This document shows, one piece after another, positions 1-9,680 of a stretch of 64,000 nucleotides of DNA. The stretch is from the IMG/VR virus record IMGVR_UViG_3300035070_002626, positions 124,001 to 188,000 of that record; one strand, given 5' to 3'. A model generated the notes under the pieces. The model was given only the letters and a program-made list of their open reading frames with translations. It was not told the origin of the DNA and did not search any database. The translations under genes and the position numbers were made by a program. The number at the start of each line of letters is the position of its first letter. Position 1 is the first letter of the stretch.

Positions 1-177
1 TTGAAATGTGCGCAGACCTTTTCCTCGAATCAATGCTCCATAGTTTTTAAGGAAACGGTTGCATTTTGCTTCAGTTGAGAAGCTCCTACTGTATACGTTA
101 ACGACTTCGTCGAGCTGTGCTCCGTCGGGTGCTGTAATAGAAAGACTAAACAACAACATGAATGTAGCGGTTGACAT
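1..177 (-). CDS. Hypothetical protein, 5' part only (runs off the window edge)
   Basis: Manual translation MSTATFMLLFSLSITAPDGAQLDEV...; AGGAGG RBS and a TTGACA promoter upstream. Confidence 0.7.
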   Translation of the reverse strand, partial: MSTATFMLLFSLSITAPDGAQLDEVVNVYSRSFSTEAKCNRFLKNYGALIRGKGLRTFQ

Positions 178-209
178 GATTACCTCCTGATTATATTAAC
201 TACACCACT

Positions 210-237
210 AATATAGCATATATCAAAATATTGTCAA
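210..237 (-). promoter_or_regulatory. Sigma70-type early promoter
   Basis: TTGACA-N16-TATATT with extended TG. Confidence 0.65.
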
Positions 238-309
238 CCGAATTATGTCTTATGGATGTTACTGAAAGGTATACGATAAATAATATAATAACAATATAGG
301 AGTTTTATT

Positions 310-1104
310 TTGAGTACCCCATCGAGTATTAATGCATTGCATTGCAAACAACGTAGTTTGTTAATGGCTAAGTTGTCTCGTATTTCTTACTTTGATGTAA
401 AAACAGCAACCAAGGAAGCAAGAAAATTGGGGTTTACTACAGTAGAGTTTTACGATAAAGACGGAGCACAAGCATATCGCTTTATGAATAAAACGGACCT
501 GGTTATTGCATGCCGAGGTACACAACCCAGCGAGTTTAATGATATCAAAGCAGACTTAAAAGCAATGCCGGTTCTTGCAGAAACAGTTAGCAGGGTGCAC
601 AGAGGATTTAAAAAGGAAGTCGACGACCTTTGGCCAATGATACAAGAAGATTTGTTGCGCAAAACAAATTTAGACAAAACTCTTTGGTTCTGTGGACATA
701 GTTTGGGAGCAGCAATGGCTACTATCATGGCTAGCCGTTGTGTGCACAATATAGAACTAAATGATCCAGCCGAACTACACACATTTGGTAGCCCGCGAGT
801 AGGCTGGCGCAAGTATGTTAAGAGTCTAGGTGTAGTACATCATCGCTGGAAGAACAATAATGACATTGTCACTACTGTTCCTCTTGCTATTATGGGATAT
901 GTGCATCATGGTAATCTATATTATCTCAATGCCTACGGACGAGTGCGTACACCCACTGGATGGCAATTAATCAAAGACAAATGGCGTGGCATTTGCATGG
1001 GTCTAAAACAAGGTAAAATAGACAACTTTAGTGATCATTCGATTGATGAGTACGTCAAATACATACAACGCCATATTGAATGGTTACCAAATAAAAATGA
1101 TTAA
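310..1104 (+). CDS. Class 3 lipase (alpha/beta hydrolase)
   Basis: CRGT, VHRGF, GHSLG nucleophile elbow, TFGSPRVG, DIV, DH motifs; true start may be ATG at 364. Confidence 0.9.
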   Translation: MSTPSSINALHCKQRSLLMAKLSRISYFDVKTATKEARKLGFTTVEFYDKDGAQAYRFMNKTDLVIACRGTQPSEFNDIKADLKAMPVLAETVSRVHRGFKKEVDDLWPMIQEDLLRKTNLDKTLWFCGHSLGAAMATIMASRCVHNIELNDPAELHTFGSPRVGWRKYVKSLGVVHHRWKNNNDIVTTVPLAIMGYVHHGNLYYLNAYGRVRTPTGWQLIKDKWRGICMGLKQGKIDNFSDHSIDEYVKYIQRHIEWLPNKND

Positions 1105-1280
1105 GATTCAGCTTTAACTGCTAACTTTGCAATTCTGTAACTCAGTCTAGCAGCATTACGGCGAGCAGATCGATATTCTTCTGCAGGACGGATACCACCT
1201 TTTGACCGTGCATACCCGTGCATAAAATCTCCTACTTTAGTAAATTTATCTTTGTGAATGTGTCCAGTACCTTTGTACAT
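1101..1280 (-). CDS. Small basic hypothetical protein (59 aa)
   Basis: Manual translation MYKGTGHIHKDKFTKVGDFMHGYARSKGG...KAES; AAAGGAGA RBS; below the ORF-track cutoff. Confidence 0.7.
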   Translation of the reverse strand: MYKGTGHIHKDKFTKVGDFMHGYARSKGGIRPAEEYRSARRNAARLSYRIAKLAVKAES

Positions 1281-1302
1281 GTTAGTCTCCTTTGATTAAA
1301 TT

Positions 1303-2343
1303 TTAAGCAACTAGTTTTTCTTCGTTGTTGCTGTAATAATGTTGTAACAACATTGCGCTTGCTAGATTTTTGCACTTTGCTTCTACCATAATGTCTGCCC
1401 AGTGCCAGTGTGACAATACATAATCATTCAATGCATCATTAGGAAGGTAATCACTATGTGCTCGTAGCTTACCTCGGGCAATACCACTTTCCATCAGTGC
1501 TGCACGATCAGGGCGTGTGTGGGTATCAAGTGGCAGTAAGATTTGTTCTTGGCTTTGGCTGTAATGCATGGCTGGTCGCTCGCCACGCCAGCTGTCTACA
1601 ATGCGTTTAATACGGTCATCGTTGGCTTCAATGTACGAACCTTCACGTACCCAATGGTGATGTACATCTAGCACCAAAGCGAGATCGTTTGCAAGCTCAA
1701 GACTGTCGTCGATTCCCCATCTGTTTTCGTCGTTTTCGATTGTAATAGTGTTTCTGGCTTCCGGCGTGAAGCGTTTAATTGCGTCTTTGATACCGGCTGG
1801 ACCTTGTCGGCCTGAGATGTGTACGTTGCACTTGAAGTCTTGGAACTTCTTGCCGTAACCCATCCACCGTATGAGAGTGGCGTGATATTCAAATTCTTCT
1901 ATGCTCCGTTCTACAATTTCAGGATTATCACTTGCAAGCACAACAAATTGTCCTGGGTGCATGGATAGTCTAACATCAAGTGCTCGTGCTGTGTCACCTA
2001 CCATGCCATAGTGTTTTTCACCGTATGCAATCACATCTGGACGTTGCCAGAAGTAGCGCCATTCTGGGTGAGTAGCACAAGGAAGCTGGTTACTACCAAT
2101 TCGTACCATGCGTAACTCTGCAGGGAGGCTACCAACATACTCAACCAATCGTTTTGCTGCGGCAGCATTGTGAATCATTATATCCCACAAACGCTCTTCT
2201 GCTACTTCACGTGTTTGTCTGCCTAACCAAGTAACTGTTGTGCTGCGCTCCGTTAACGGGCGTTGCAATTCTTCAAGGATCTTTTTCTTTTGTGTTTGAT
2301 CTTCGTGCAAATACTTGCAAGCAAAGCCTATACGAGCAACCAT
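1303..2343 (-). CDS. uvsE: UV DNA damage endonuclease UvsE/UVDE
   Basis: RIGFAC, RLSMHPGQF, TIENDE, LVLDVHHHW, HYSQ, AHSDY, DIMVEAK motifs; AGGAGG RBS. Confidence 0.93.
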   Translation of the reverse strand: MVARIGFACKYLHEDQTQKKKILEELQRPLTERSTTVTWLGRQTREVAEERLWDIMIHNAAAAKRLVEYVGSLPAELRMVRIGSNQLPCATHPEWRYFWQRPDVIAYGEKHYGMVGDTARALDVRLSMHPGQFVVLASDNPEIVERSIEEFEYHATLIRWMGYGKKFQDFKCNVHISGRQGPAGIKDAIKRFTPEARNTITIENDENRWGIDDSLELANDLALVLDVHHHWVREGSYIEANDDRIKRIVDSWRGERPAMHYSQSQEQILLPLDTHTRPDRAALMESGIARGKLRAHSDYLPNDALNDYVLSHWHWADIMVEAKCKNLASAMLLQHYYSNNEEKLVA

Positions 2344-2351
2344 GGAACCTC

Positions 2352-2915
2352 CTAGGTATCTATGTCTAAGTTACCTAATAATTGTAACACATTCTCGTAA
2401 GTATCGCAAGAGATATTTTCCATATTTGCAAAAGATTTAGCCAGATCTTCTAGATGATCAATCACAACCCAGGTAGTGTCTGCGTTGTTTTTAATTACTC
2501 CGCTGGCTGCCGCCTGGTAATTCTTTTTAAGATGTCTAGCAGTTGGATCAGTGTCTGTTATTTCTTGCAAGTCAAATCCTAGCAATAGCACCAAGTCGCT
2601 TTTGCTAACAAGATGCATAGCAACAATATCTTCTTGGTTGTCGAACTCTGTTGGAAATTTCCCATCAAACACATTTACACCAGGAGGTCTTTCTAATGCT
2701 GCATAACTCTGTTGTGGTATGTAAAAGTTACATACGCCATGGAAGGCACGTTTAATTAGCTCACGTGCCTTTTCGTCATTGGCGCACAATACATTAGCAG
2801 TATTGTATAACCGCCAGGTTTTCCAGCTTCCCCAGGTGTTGCCAATGGCTTTTAGCTGCTCTGGTTTTGCTTTGTCATCTTTGTATTCTGCTGATATTAC
2901 CCAACTAACTTGCAT
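2352..2915 (-). CDS. Hypothetical protein, possibly a Maf/sialyltransferase-like fold
   Basis: TAATG coupling to the upstream gene at 2915; LVLLLGFDL motif. Confidence 0.5.
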   Translation of the reverse strand: MQVSWVISAEYKDDKAKPEQLKAIGNTWGSWKTWRLYNTANVLCANDEKARELIKRAFHGVCNFYIPQQSYAALERPPGVNVFDGKFPTEFDNQEDIVAMHLVSKSDLVLLLGFDLQEITDTDPTARHLKKNYQAAASGVIKNNADTTWVVIDHLEDLAKSFANMENISCDTYENVLQLLGNLDIDT

Positions 2916-3937
2916 TATGCTGATTTCAACTCCGTCCATCTAAATGCACCCAAACATAACCAGGCGAACGGTGCGCCTTGTTTATAGTTAGCATTAAACA
3001 CTAGATCACCTTTTGCACCTTCGTACCCAGGAGTTTCCGGCGATGTAGAAATTTTATTGCGACCAATTTGTAATTGTTTGACCCAAGTTAGTCCATCTTT
3101 GTTGATTGTTAATTGCTGTTGATTGTTGGTTACCAGGCTTAGGTTATGTGGTTTTGCTGTACCAATCTGCCCAGTATTTGCACTGTGCTTGCCTACTTCG
3201 ATGTTTACTTCGTTGTCCCATATGCTTAGTGCACTGGTGGGATTTGGAGTGTTAATACCCACTCTATGGTTCTTTACACTAAGATAAGTGTTTACTTGCA
3301 AATCATCAAGTTTGCCAACTTCGGTAATGTTGGTACGTTTAACGTGCGAACTAAGAGTGCCGTTATCAACTAGCAACTCGCCGCCGACGCTTAGTTGTTG
3401 TAAATCAATGCCATTTTGCATGCGTTCAAAAAGTGTGTCACTCATAGTTTCAACAAAATCATGTTTAAGTTTGTCTAGCGCATTTTTTTCAATAGTTTCG
3501 GCAAGTTCTACAAAACTTCTGTTGTTTACGTTGATGCGACCCTTGATTGCTAAATCGCCATCAATTGTAAGTGACCCGTGCATGTATGCATCTTGGGCAA
3601 TATCTAGTTCGCCTACGTCAATGCTGTCTGCACTTAGATGTTTTCTTACAACAACTAAACCATCTTCGACTGTGAGCTCTCCGTTAATGTCTTTAGTAAG
3701 TATACCTGCATTTTCAATAACTACTTCACGCAATACATCTTTGATGTTTTCTTGTCGAATTGTTTTGGTAATTCGATCACTCATTTCACGAGCAATGTGT
3801 GTTTGGATTTTTGCTAACCATTGTTCATCGAACAACAAGTTTTCAATAGTGTCCTCAACTAATTGTTCAACTGCTTGGTCAACAGACTGCTTGAGTTGAA
3901 CTTCAATTAAACTGTTGATTGCATTTTGGTCAATCAT
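2915..3937 (-). CDS. Putative virion/fibre-like protein
   Basis: N-terminal helical region followed by beta-rich fibre-type motifs (RVGINTPNP, LSLVTNNQQQLTI, GAKGDLVFN). Confidence 0.55.
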   Translation of the reverse strand: MIDQNAINSLIEVQLKQSVDQAVEQLVEDTIENLLFDEQWLAKIQTHIAREMSDRITKTIRQENIKDVLREVVIENAGILTKDINGELTVEDGLVVVRKHLSADSIDVGELDIAQDAYMHGSLTIDGDLAIKGRINVNNRSFVELAETIEKNALDKLKHDFVETMSDTLFERMQNGIDLQQLSVGGELLVDNGTLSSHVKRTNITEVGKLDDLQVNTYLSVKNHRVGINTPNPTSALSIWDNEVNIEVGKHSANTGQIGTAKPHNLSLVTNNQQQLTINKDGLTWVKQLQIGRNKISTSPETPGYEGAKGDLVFNANYKQGAPFAWLCLGAFRWTELKSA

Positions 3938-4850
3938 TTTCTCTCCAAGTGTCTAGTGTCACACAATGATGTCCGCCGCCTAGTGTTCTACTGTGTCGTA
4001 GGGTATGTGGTATAACTGTGAACTTGTGTTTCTCTAATGTATTTATAAGTTCAGTCTGGGCAGCATCCATTATTACGGTATCGCTATTAACGGCCAACAT
4101 GTTAAGACCAATCCACTTGCTAGCATATGGATATTCATGAAAGCTTTGTGGAACCATGTCGTTGACCCAAATAATGTCCCAATTTCTGATACTTGGTGGC
4201 AAATTATCCTTTGACTTTATGCGAGGCTGATTGCAAACCACGAGTCCTTCACGCAGCGGAACAATAGTACTGTCGATGTGTACACCAGCGTAGAAATTAA
4301 CTTTTTCAATGTTGATGTGCGAAAAGCGATCACACAACCAATCGTATGCAGATCTATTACCTGACTCGCTTTCAAGGTAAATCCAGGTATCACCTAGCCT
4401 GCATATGTTTGCAGCATCTAATGTCATGCCTTCGTTCCTTGGCATGTGAACAACAGTGTTATCACTTAGCATCGGGAGGTAACATTGTTCCTCAAGATCT
4501 CTACAAGGGTACATCATTGCTGGATCGAGTATCTTGTCTCCAGCAATTAGAAATCTATCACGTGGGCAATAATTATACATACCCCCTATTTCTTGAAAAT
4601 CAAGATCAGTTGGGCGATTAACCTTTACACTCTCGCCTTCAAGTAATTTAGTAAGAGCATCCAAATCTTCGTTTGCTTCATCAATGATCCAGCCTGGTAC
4701 TGCTCCACCAGGAACTGGAGTTTCTTTCCATAGTGTTTTTTCACTTTCGTTGGCAAACACTGGATCATCACTGGGCCAGTTAGCATGTGTAGCCACACCA
4801 ACATAGATCTCTCTTAATTGATCCCACTCATTGTAACTGTGAATTTTCAT
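3930..4850 (-). CDS. L-arginine-dependent amidinotransferase (StrB1/glycine amidinotransferase family)
   Basis: SYNEWDQL, CPRD, DAAN, HIDST, TLGGGHHCVTLD; Asp-His-Cys triad intact. Confidence 0.92.
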   Translation of the reverse strand: MKIHSYNEWDQLREIYVGVATHANWPSDDPVFANESEKTLWKETPVPGGAVPGWIIDEANEDLDALTKLLEGESVKVNRPTDLDFQEIGGMYNYCPRDRFLIAGDKILDPAMMYPCRDLEEQCYLPMLSDNTVVHMPRNEGMTLDAANICRLGDTWIYLESESGNRSAYDWLCDRFSHINIEKVNFYAGVHIDSTIVPLREGLVVCNQPRIKSKDNLPPSIRNWDIIWVNDMVPQSFHEYPYASKWIGLNMLAVNSDTVIMDAAQTELINTLEKHKFTVIPHTLRHSRTLGGGHHCVTLDTWREND

Positions 4851-5374
4851 TCTATAACTCCAGTTATTTGCAAACTGTATCTGTGCGTTTTACCAACGTT
4901 AGCAGCTAGGTGTTCAGTGTCATTTTGCCATATAAAATAATCACCAGCGTGCCATTTTGTTTGTGGTTCACCATCTATTTCAAACACGTGTCCACTTTCC
5001 CAGTCTTTCATAAAGAAGATTGCTCTATGTATAGTATCAGCATCATTGATATTGTGATACTTGATAAAACGTGCATAAGTGTCACTGTGTGTAGGGAGAC
5101 AGCAACCAGGTCCCATGCGGTATACACTCCAAGAAAAGTGTTTCCATGGTAATACAGTTTGAATTTTATCCATCCATTTGGGTGCAGGATTACGCATGTC
5201 ATACATGTCGCCTGTAAACTTGGTTTGTGTATAACCTAACTCTCTCCACTCAGCCAAGCTTACAGGATCATTGAAAGGCTCGTTGCTATAAGGCAAGTCT
5301 TCAAATGCATTTTGCCAGACTGGTGCTGTGCTGCCCTGCCACCACTTTTTACTAGGCTTGTCTTGTGTTTCCAT
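4847..5374 (-). CDS. 2OG-Fe(II) oxygenase / cupin-fold protein
   Basis: HSD (HxD) plus distal H (EHLAANVG) and RYSLQITG. Confidence 0.75.
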   Translation of the reverse strand: METQDKPSKKWWQGSTAPVWQNAFEDLPYSNEPFNDPVSLAEWRELGYTQTKFTGDMYDMRNPAPKWMDKIQTVLPWKHFSWSVYRMGPGCCLPTHSDTYARFIKYHNINDADTIHRAIFFMKDWESGHVFEIDGEPQTKWHAGDYFIWQNDTEHLAANVGKTHRYSLQITGVIE

Positions 5375-6584
5375 AATGTACTACTTCTATATCTTTCATT
5401 GTTTTAGGCAAGCGTCTCCATGGATCAACCACTGTGCTTCCACTAGGAAGCGGGCAATAGAAACTGTCGTCGCGAACATCACCGGTATAGCCGTATGTAA
5501 TGAATCTATTGTGTGCCATAAGCACTACACTTGCTTCATCAATACTTTCAACTACGTTGGTTTGATCATCAGCAAGTGGGTCTAAGTAAACCACACTATG
5601 CCCGAGTTCTTCTACATACCATCCAATTAATGTGCTGTAACTGCCAATACAAAACGGAACATCGGGTTTATAAGCTTTACCGTGAATTACAATTGGGCGA
5701 CCTTTACTGTGTTCAACTAAAAAATGTGCTAGATTTTTTGCTTGTACTTCCCTGGCACCCATGATTGTGTTAAACATATCATACCCAACATCATACTCTT
5801 CGGCCAGCCAACGCAGTGCAATATTATCACGTGGATGACATGCACCTGCATCCCCCATGCCTGCTGTCATGTATTTAGGACCCATGATACGCATTGTACT
5901 TTGTGCCAGTGCATCAGTAACAACATCAACATCAATGTTGCCAATTTTCATTGCAAAGTCTTGAATCATGTTAACCAAGCCAACTTTTGCACTAATAAAT
6001 GTGTTGTAGAAGATTTTAATTGCTTCGCACTCGTCCCATGTGCCTGTAACATATCTTGGATTATTCAGCATAAGTGGGCGATACAAATTAATAAGATCTC
6101 TCATCTCACTTGGGTCACCTGTTTCGGTGCCAATCATAACCATTTCTGGATTAGCAAAATCCCACTTAACACTACCCATTGCAATCAGATATGGATTGTA
6201 CAAGAATTGGTGGTTGCTGTCCAGCAAACTATAAAACTCACGGCGTGTTGTGCCCGGTAGTACTGTCGAAATAAGAACAACACGTTTTGGTTCTGTAGCA
6301 TGCTCGTTTACTAAACGGATAGCATCTTTAACGGCATCGTGGCCAAAGTCTTTTGGCTCCATGTGTGCACTGGGCGTACTACCATCGTACCCTTCTGCAT
6401 GTGGAGTTTGTACAGCAATAAAAATCCAATCGCTGTTGGTAATCATTTCTTCAGGGGTATTACAAACTTTTACCCTGTCGCTTGTGCGTGGGTAAATATC
6501 ATAACCACACACGTTATACTTTTCTGCCATTACTTCCGCACAATCGAGCCCAAGTTTGCCGAGCCCAATAAATCCAATATTCAT
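5352..6584 (-). CDS. ugd: UDP-glucose/GDP-mannose dehydrogenase family
   Basis: GLGKLG Rossmann motif, AVQTP, STVLPGT, IKIFYN, GACHPRD catalytic Cys, GKAYKP. Confidence 0.92.
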   Translation of the reverse strand: MNIGFIGLGKLGLDCAEVMAEKYNVCGYDIYPRTSDRVKVCNTPEEMITNSDWIFIAVQTPHAEGYDGSTPSAHMEPKDFGHDAVKDAIRLVNEHATEPKRVVLISTVLPGTTRREFYSLLDSNHQFLYNPYLIAMGSVKWDFANPEMVMIGTETGDPSEMRDLINLYRPLMLNNPRYVTGTWDECEAIKIFYNTFISAKVGLVNMIQDFAMKIGNIDVDVVTDALAQSTMRIMGPKYMTAGMGDAGACHPRDNIALRWLAEEYDVGYDMFNTIMGAREVQAKNLAHFLVEHSKGRPIVIHGKAYKPDVPFCIGSYSTLIGWYVEELGHSVVYLDPLADDQTNVVESIDEASVVLMAHNRFITYGYTGDVRDDSFYCPLPSGSTVVDPWRRLPKTMKDIEVVHYGNTRQA

Positions 6585-6603
6585 AATTAAGGTACCTTCC
6601 TAG

Positions 6604-7806
6604 ATGTCTATCCCTACTAATAATTTATACGATTTTGTCCACCAGGTGTTAGAAAGTAAGTTCTTTCTTCGCTACTTTTATCCCTGGGGAGAAAAAGATA
6701 TAGAAAATATAATCGAACACCCTAACAACAAGTTCAGTGCAGATATTGCCAAGACACTAATTGCTGCTAATTTAAATCCTGTACGGTATAGCCCAGTGAT
6801 ATTATGCCACGACCAAGAGCCGTTAGACTTTGATTTATATAGTGATCATATGCTGAAACTACTAGAGGACGACGATATACAACCATTGGTTAAGTACGGG
6901 GTTAAAGATTTGAATCTAAGATGGCGTTTTCCAAGAAGTAGTACTAATACTTGGATATTATTACATAGCGAATTAAATAGCGATCAAGTACAAAAATATA
7001 ATTATACAGGATTATTTAAATGTGCATACTGGTGGAGTCATGCGTTAATTGCCCGAGATTGGTATAGATTTGCACAGCATGACCAACAGCTCAACCAAAT
7101 CTTACCTAAAATTGCTAACTGGCTAGTTTATGCCAGGGCTACATCTGGAAAACGTGAGTACCGACAAGGTTTTCTAGAAAAGCTCAAAACTGTAAAGAAT
7201 GTGCAGTTCGGCAGTATCGACACAAGTAAAGTAGTTAGTAGTAATAGCAGTGCCGAGTACGAATGGAAAGACTATACACAAACAAATTGCAGTATTATAT
7301 TGGAAACTGTGTACGACGATCGCATACACTTAACCGAAAAGACACTGCGGCCAATTGCTTGCGGGCACCCTTTTATGATTCTTAGCGGTCCAGGGACATT
7401 AGCGTATTTGCGCAAGATGGGATTTAATACGTTTAGCCCACTTATTGACGAAAGTTACGATCTCGAAACAGATCCAGCTAAACGTATGCAAATGGTACTA
7501 GAAGAAATGCATAGGATCAACAACCTAAGCGACAGGTATCAACGATATATCTGGAAAGAATGTCAGGCAATAACCACATACAACAAGAATTATTTCTTTA
7601 GTAAAAAGTTTCAACAGAAGGTGGTTGCCGAACTAACAGACAATGTAAAGGCTGTTGGCATGCCAGCAGTTGACTGGAAACTTGTACAAAAATATCATCT
7701 AATGAGGGATACTAAAGAACGGCGTACTGCACCTGATAGAGTACCAACTATAAAATTGATAAAGCATTTACGCAGTGGCGGCACGATTGACAATTTTGTT
7801 ATATAA
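6604..7806 (+). CDS. Glycosyltransferase-like protein (GT10/GT-B-type C-terminus)
   Basis: ILET...LTEKTLRPI..GHPF...LRKMGFNTF..IDESYD motif typical of phage GT10-like proteins. Confidence 0.6.
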   Translation: MSIPTNNLYDFVHQVLESKFFLRYFYPWGEKDIENIIEHPNNKFSADIAKTLIAANLNPVRYSPVILCHDQEPLDFDLYSDHMLKLLEDDDIQPLVKYGVKDLNLRWRFPRSSTNTWILLHSELNSDQVQKYNYTGLFKCAYWWSHALIARDWYRFAQHDQQLNQILPKIANWLVYARATSGKREYRQGFLEKLKTVKNVQFGSIDTSKVVSSNSSAEYEWKDYTQTNCSIILETVYDDRIHLTEKTLRPIACGHPFMILSGPGTLAYLRKMGFNTFSPLIDESYDLETDPAKRMQMVLEEMHRINNLSDRYQRYIWKECQAITTYNKNYFFSKKFQQKVVAELTDNVKAVGMPAVDWKLVQKYHLMRDTKERRTAPDRVPTIKLIKHLRSGGTIDNFVI

Positions 7807-8394
7807 TTTTACATCCTTGGCAAGATAGTTATGAATCCATGCTTCGTTTTTAGTAAACCAGGCGTTATACTGTTCAGTAAACTCATCTGTGTACTTGGTG
7901 CGATTTTCGTGCATCCAAGGCAGATCAACTCTGCTGATTGTACTAAGATGTCGATGTAGGTCTCGCATTTGCCCAGTATGATAGTAATGATCAACTTTAA
8001 CTGGTGCTCTTTTAATAAACACATGTTGAGGTACAAAATGAGTTAATAGCTCTTCGTGCCGCTTAACTGGATTTTGTTTTATCAACAATTCTCCTATACT
8101 ATCAACAGTGTGTTCATAATGGAAGCGTTGTCCTAGGCCGTACGCAAACGCACTTTTTAATCTGCCGTATGGGTCACGTAATACTGTAAACTTAAAAGGG
8201 TCTTGTATGCGATAACTTTGTTCTTGTGTTTTAATTTTTCGTGCCCAATGAAGAACTGTAGTACTAACATTTTTAGGAATATTAACAAAATAAAAGTTTT
8301 CAACTCTGGGATATTCAGGCCAGCAGTAATAATCTATCACTGTGGGTTGCCAGAATTTATCCTTAATAAATAGTTTTTTTATGCCACTGAACAT
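7768..8394 (-). CDS. Sulfotransferase family 2 protein
   Basis: FVNIPKNVSTT (5'-PSB), VLRDPYGRLKSAF (3'-PB), HFVPQ. Confidence 0.8.
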   Translation of the reverse strand: MFSGIKKLFIKDKFWQPTVIDYYCWPEYPRVENFYFVNIPKNVSTTVLHWARKIKTQEQSYRIQDPFKFTVLRDPYGRLKSAFAYGLGQRFHYEHTVDSIGELLIKQNPVKRHEELLTHFVPQHVFIKRAPVKVDHYYHTGQMRDLHRHLSTISRVDLPWMHENRTKYTDEFTEQYNAWFTKNEAWIHNYLAKDVKLYNKIVNRAATA

Positions 8395-8720
8395 TACTTT
8401 TTGCTAGTGCCAGTATACAACCCAAACCATGCAGCACCTGCGCCAACAACAATACTAATTAAACCTGATTGTTCCATACTTGGATCTGCTAGGTTCATGT
8501 ACCAAATAACACATTTGTATAGTAGAATAATATAAACAGTTAAGAACAAACGTGGGAAAATTCTCCAAGCATCAACTGCTTTTGCTAAATGAATAAGTTT
8601 GGCATATGGATTAGGGCCCATATCTCTTACACTTGTATCTACTTCTAAATCTAATCTGACTTTGCGTGTTGTGCTGTCTTCTGTAGCAACAACAGTATCA
8701 TTATATTCTTCCATTGGCAT
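8394..8720 (-). CDS. Small two-TM membrane protein, holin-like
   Basis: DAWRIFPR followed by two hydrophobic segments; GGAG RBS. Confidence 0.55.
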   Translation of the reverse strand: MPMEEYNDTVVATEDSTTRKVRLDLEVDTSVRDMGPNPYAKLIHLAKAVDAWRIFPRLFLTVYIILLYKCVIWYMNLADPSMEQSGLISIVVGAGAAWFGLYTGTSKK

Positions 8721-8779
8721 TCTCCTATAATAATATTTAGTTTATTAACGTACTAAATACTACCGTAAAGGGGCACACA

Positions 8780-9061
8780 ATGGATAGCATGTTTAAATTA
8801 ATACAAGATGTAGGCTTTCCGATTGCAGCGGCGGGCGCATCTGGGTACTTGGTTTTCCTTACAATTAAATTCATTCTCGACGGAGTTACTGGTAGTGTAC
8901 AAACATTAGCAAACATTATTAAGCAATTAGACAACCGTGTGCAAACAATGAACAACGATCTTGTCAAGATCGACGCACTGATGAGTCATACATTAGGAGT
9001 AAGACCTAATGTTGATAGAATTGCTGCCAACGAAGGTAAAGAAGATGCACGAAGGGATTAA
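8780..9061 (+). CDS. YvrJ-like TM/coiled-coil protein, paralog 1
   Basis: VGFPIAAA motif, TM segment and coiled coil. Confidence 0.65.
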   Translation: MDSMFKLIQDVGFPIAAAGASGYLVFLTIKFILDGVTGSVQTLANIIKQLDNRVQTMNNDLVKIDALMSHTLGVRPNVDRIAANEGKEDARRD

Positions 9062-9063
9062 TA

Positions 9064-9381
9064 ATGAACAATTTTGCTGATTGGGTCAACCAATATGGTT
9101 TTCCAATTGTTGCCGCAGTCGGGCTAGGCTATTTTATCTATTATATATGGGTGTGGGCAACCACAAAAGTTAAACCTGTAATAAGTGCAGCTATGGGAGA
9201 TTTGATTGCATTAGTTGATAGAATTAGAATGTTAGACAACGATATGATACGATTAAACAGCAAGTTGTCAATGGTGCTAGAACATCAAAGTAAAATAGAC
9301 AAAAAGCGTAGAGAAGAACTAGAAGAAATAGTAGCAAGATACCAGAGTAAAAGCGAATCATTTAACAGCACTGGCAAATAA
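9064..9381 (+). CDS. YvrJ-like TM/coiled-coil protein, paralog 2
   Basis: YGFPIVAA motif; aligns with the preceding ORF (DNRVQTMNNDLVKI vs VDRIRMLDNDMIRL). Confidence 0.65.
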   Translation: MNNFADWVNQYGFPIVAAVGLGYFIYYIWVWATTKVKPVISAAMGDLIALVDRIRMLDNDMIRLNSKLSMVLEHQSKIDKKRREELEEIVARYQSKSESFNSTGK

Positions 9382-9386
9382 TATAC

Positions 9387-9674
9387 ATGAGGTACTATTT
9401 AGGACAATGTGAATATAAATGGACTCATTCATTTACTCACATGGAAGAATACTGGATACGCAGTAAACTAGGTGACGAACTTTACGAAATTATAGAATTA
9501 AATAATTGGAAGTGGAGTTTAATACATTCAAGTAGTACACATCTACCTGGTGATACATATTGTCGTTGTGATATATATGTTGTCAGCGATGATGATGAAC
9601 GAGATACGTATTTTTTGTTAAGATATCCTGATGTAATATCAACACCACAAGAAGACTTTTTAATTAAAATCTAA
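9387..9674 (+). CDS. Hypothetical protein
   Basis: 95-aa ORF packed directly behind the YvrJ-like pair. Confidence 0.6.
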   Translation: MRYYLGQCEYKWTHSFTHMEEYWIRSKLGDELYEIIELNNWKWSLIHSSSTHLPGDTYCRCDIYVVSDDDERDTYFLLRYPDVISTPQEDFLIKI

Positions 9675-9680
9675 ACTGTG

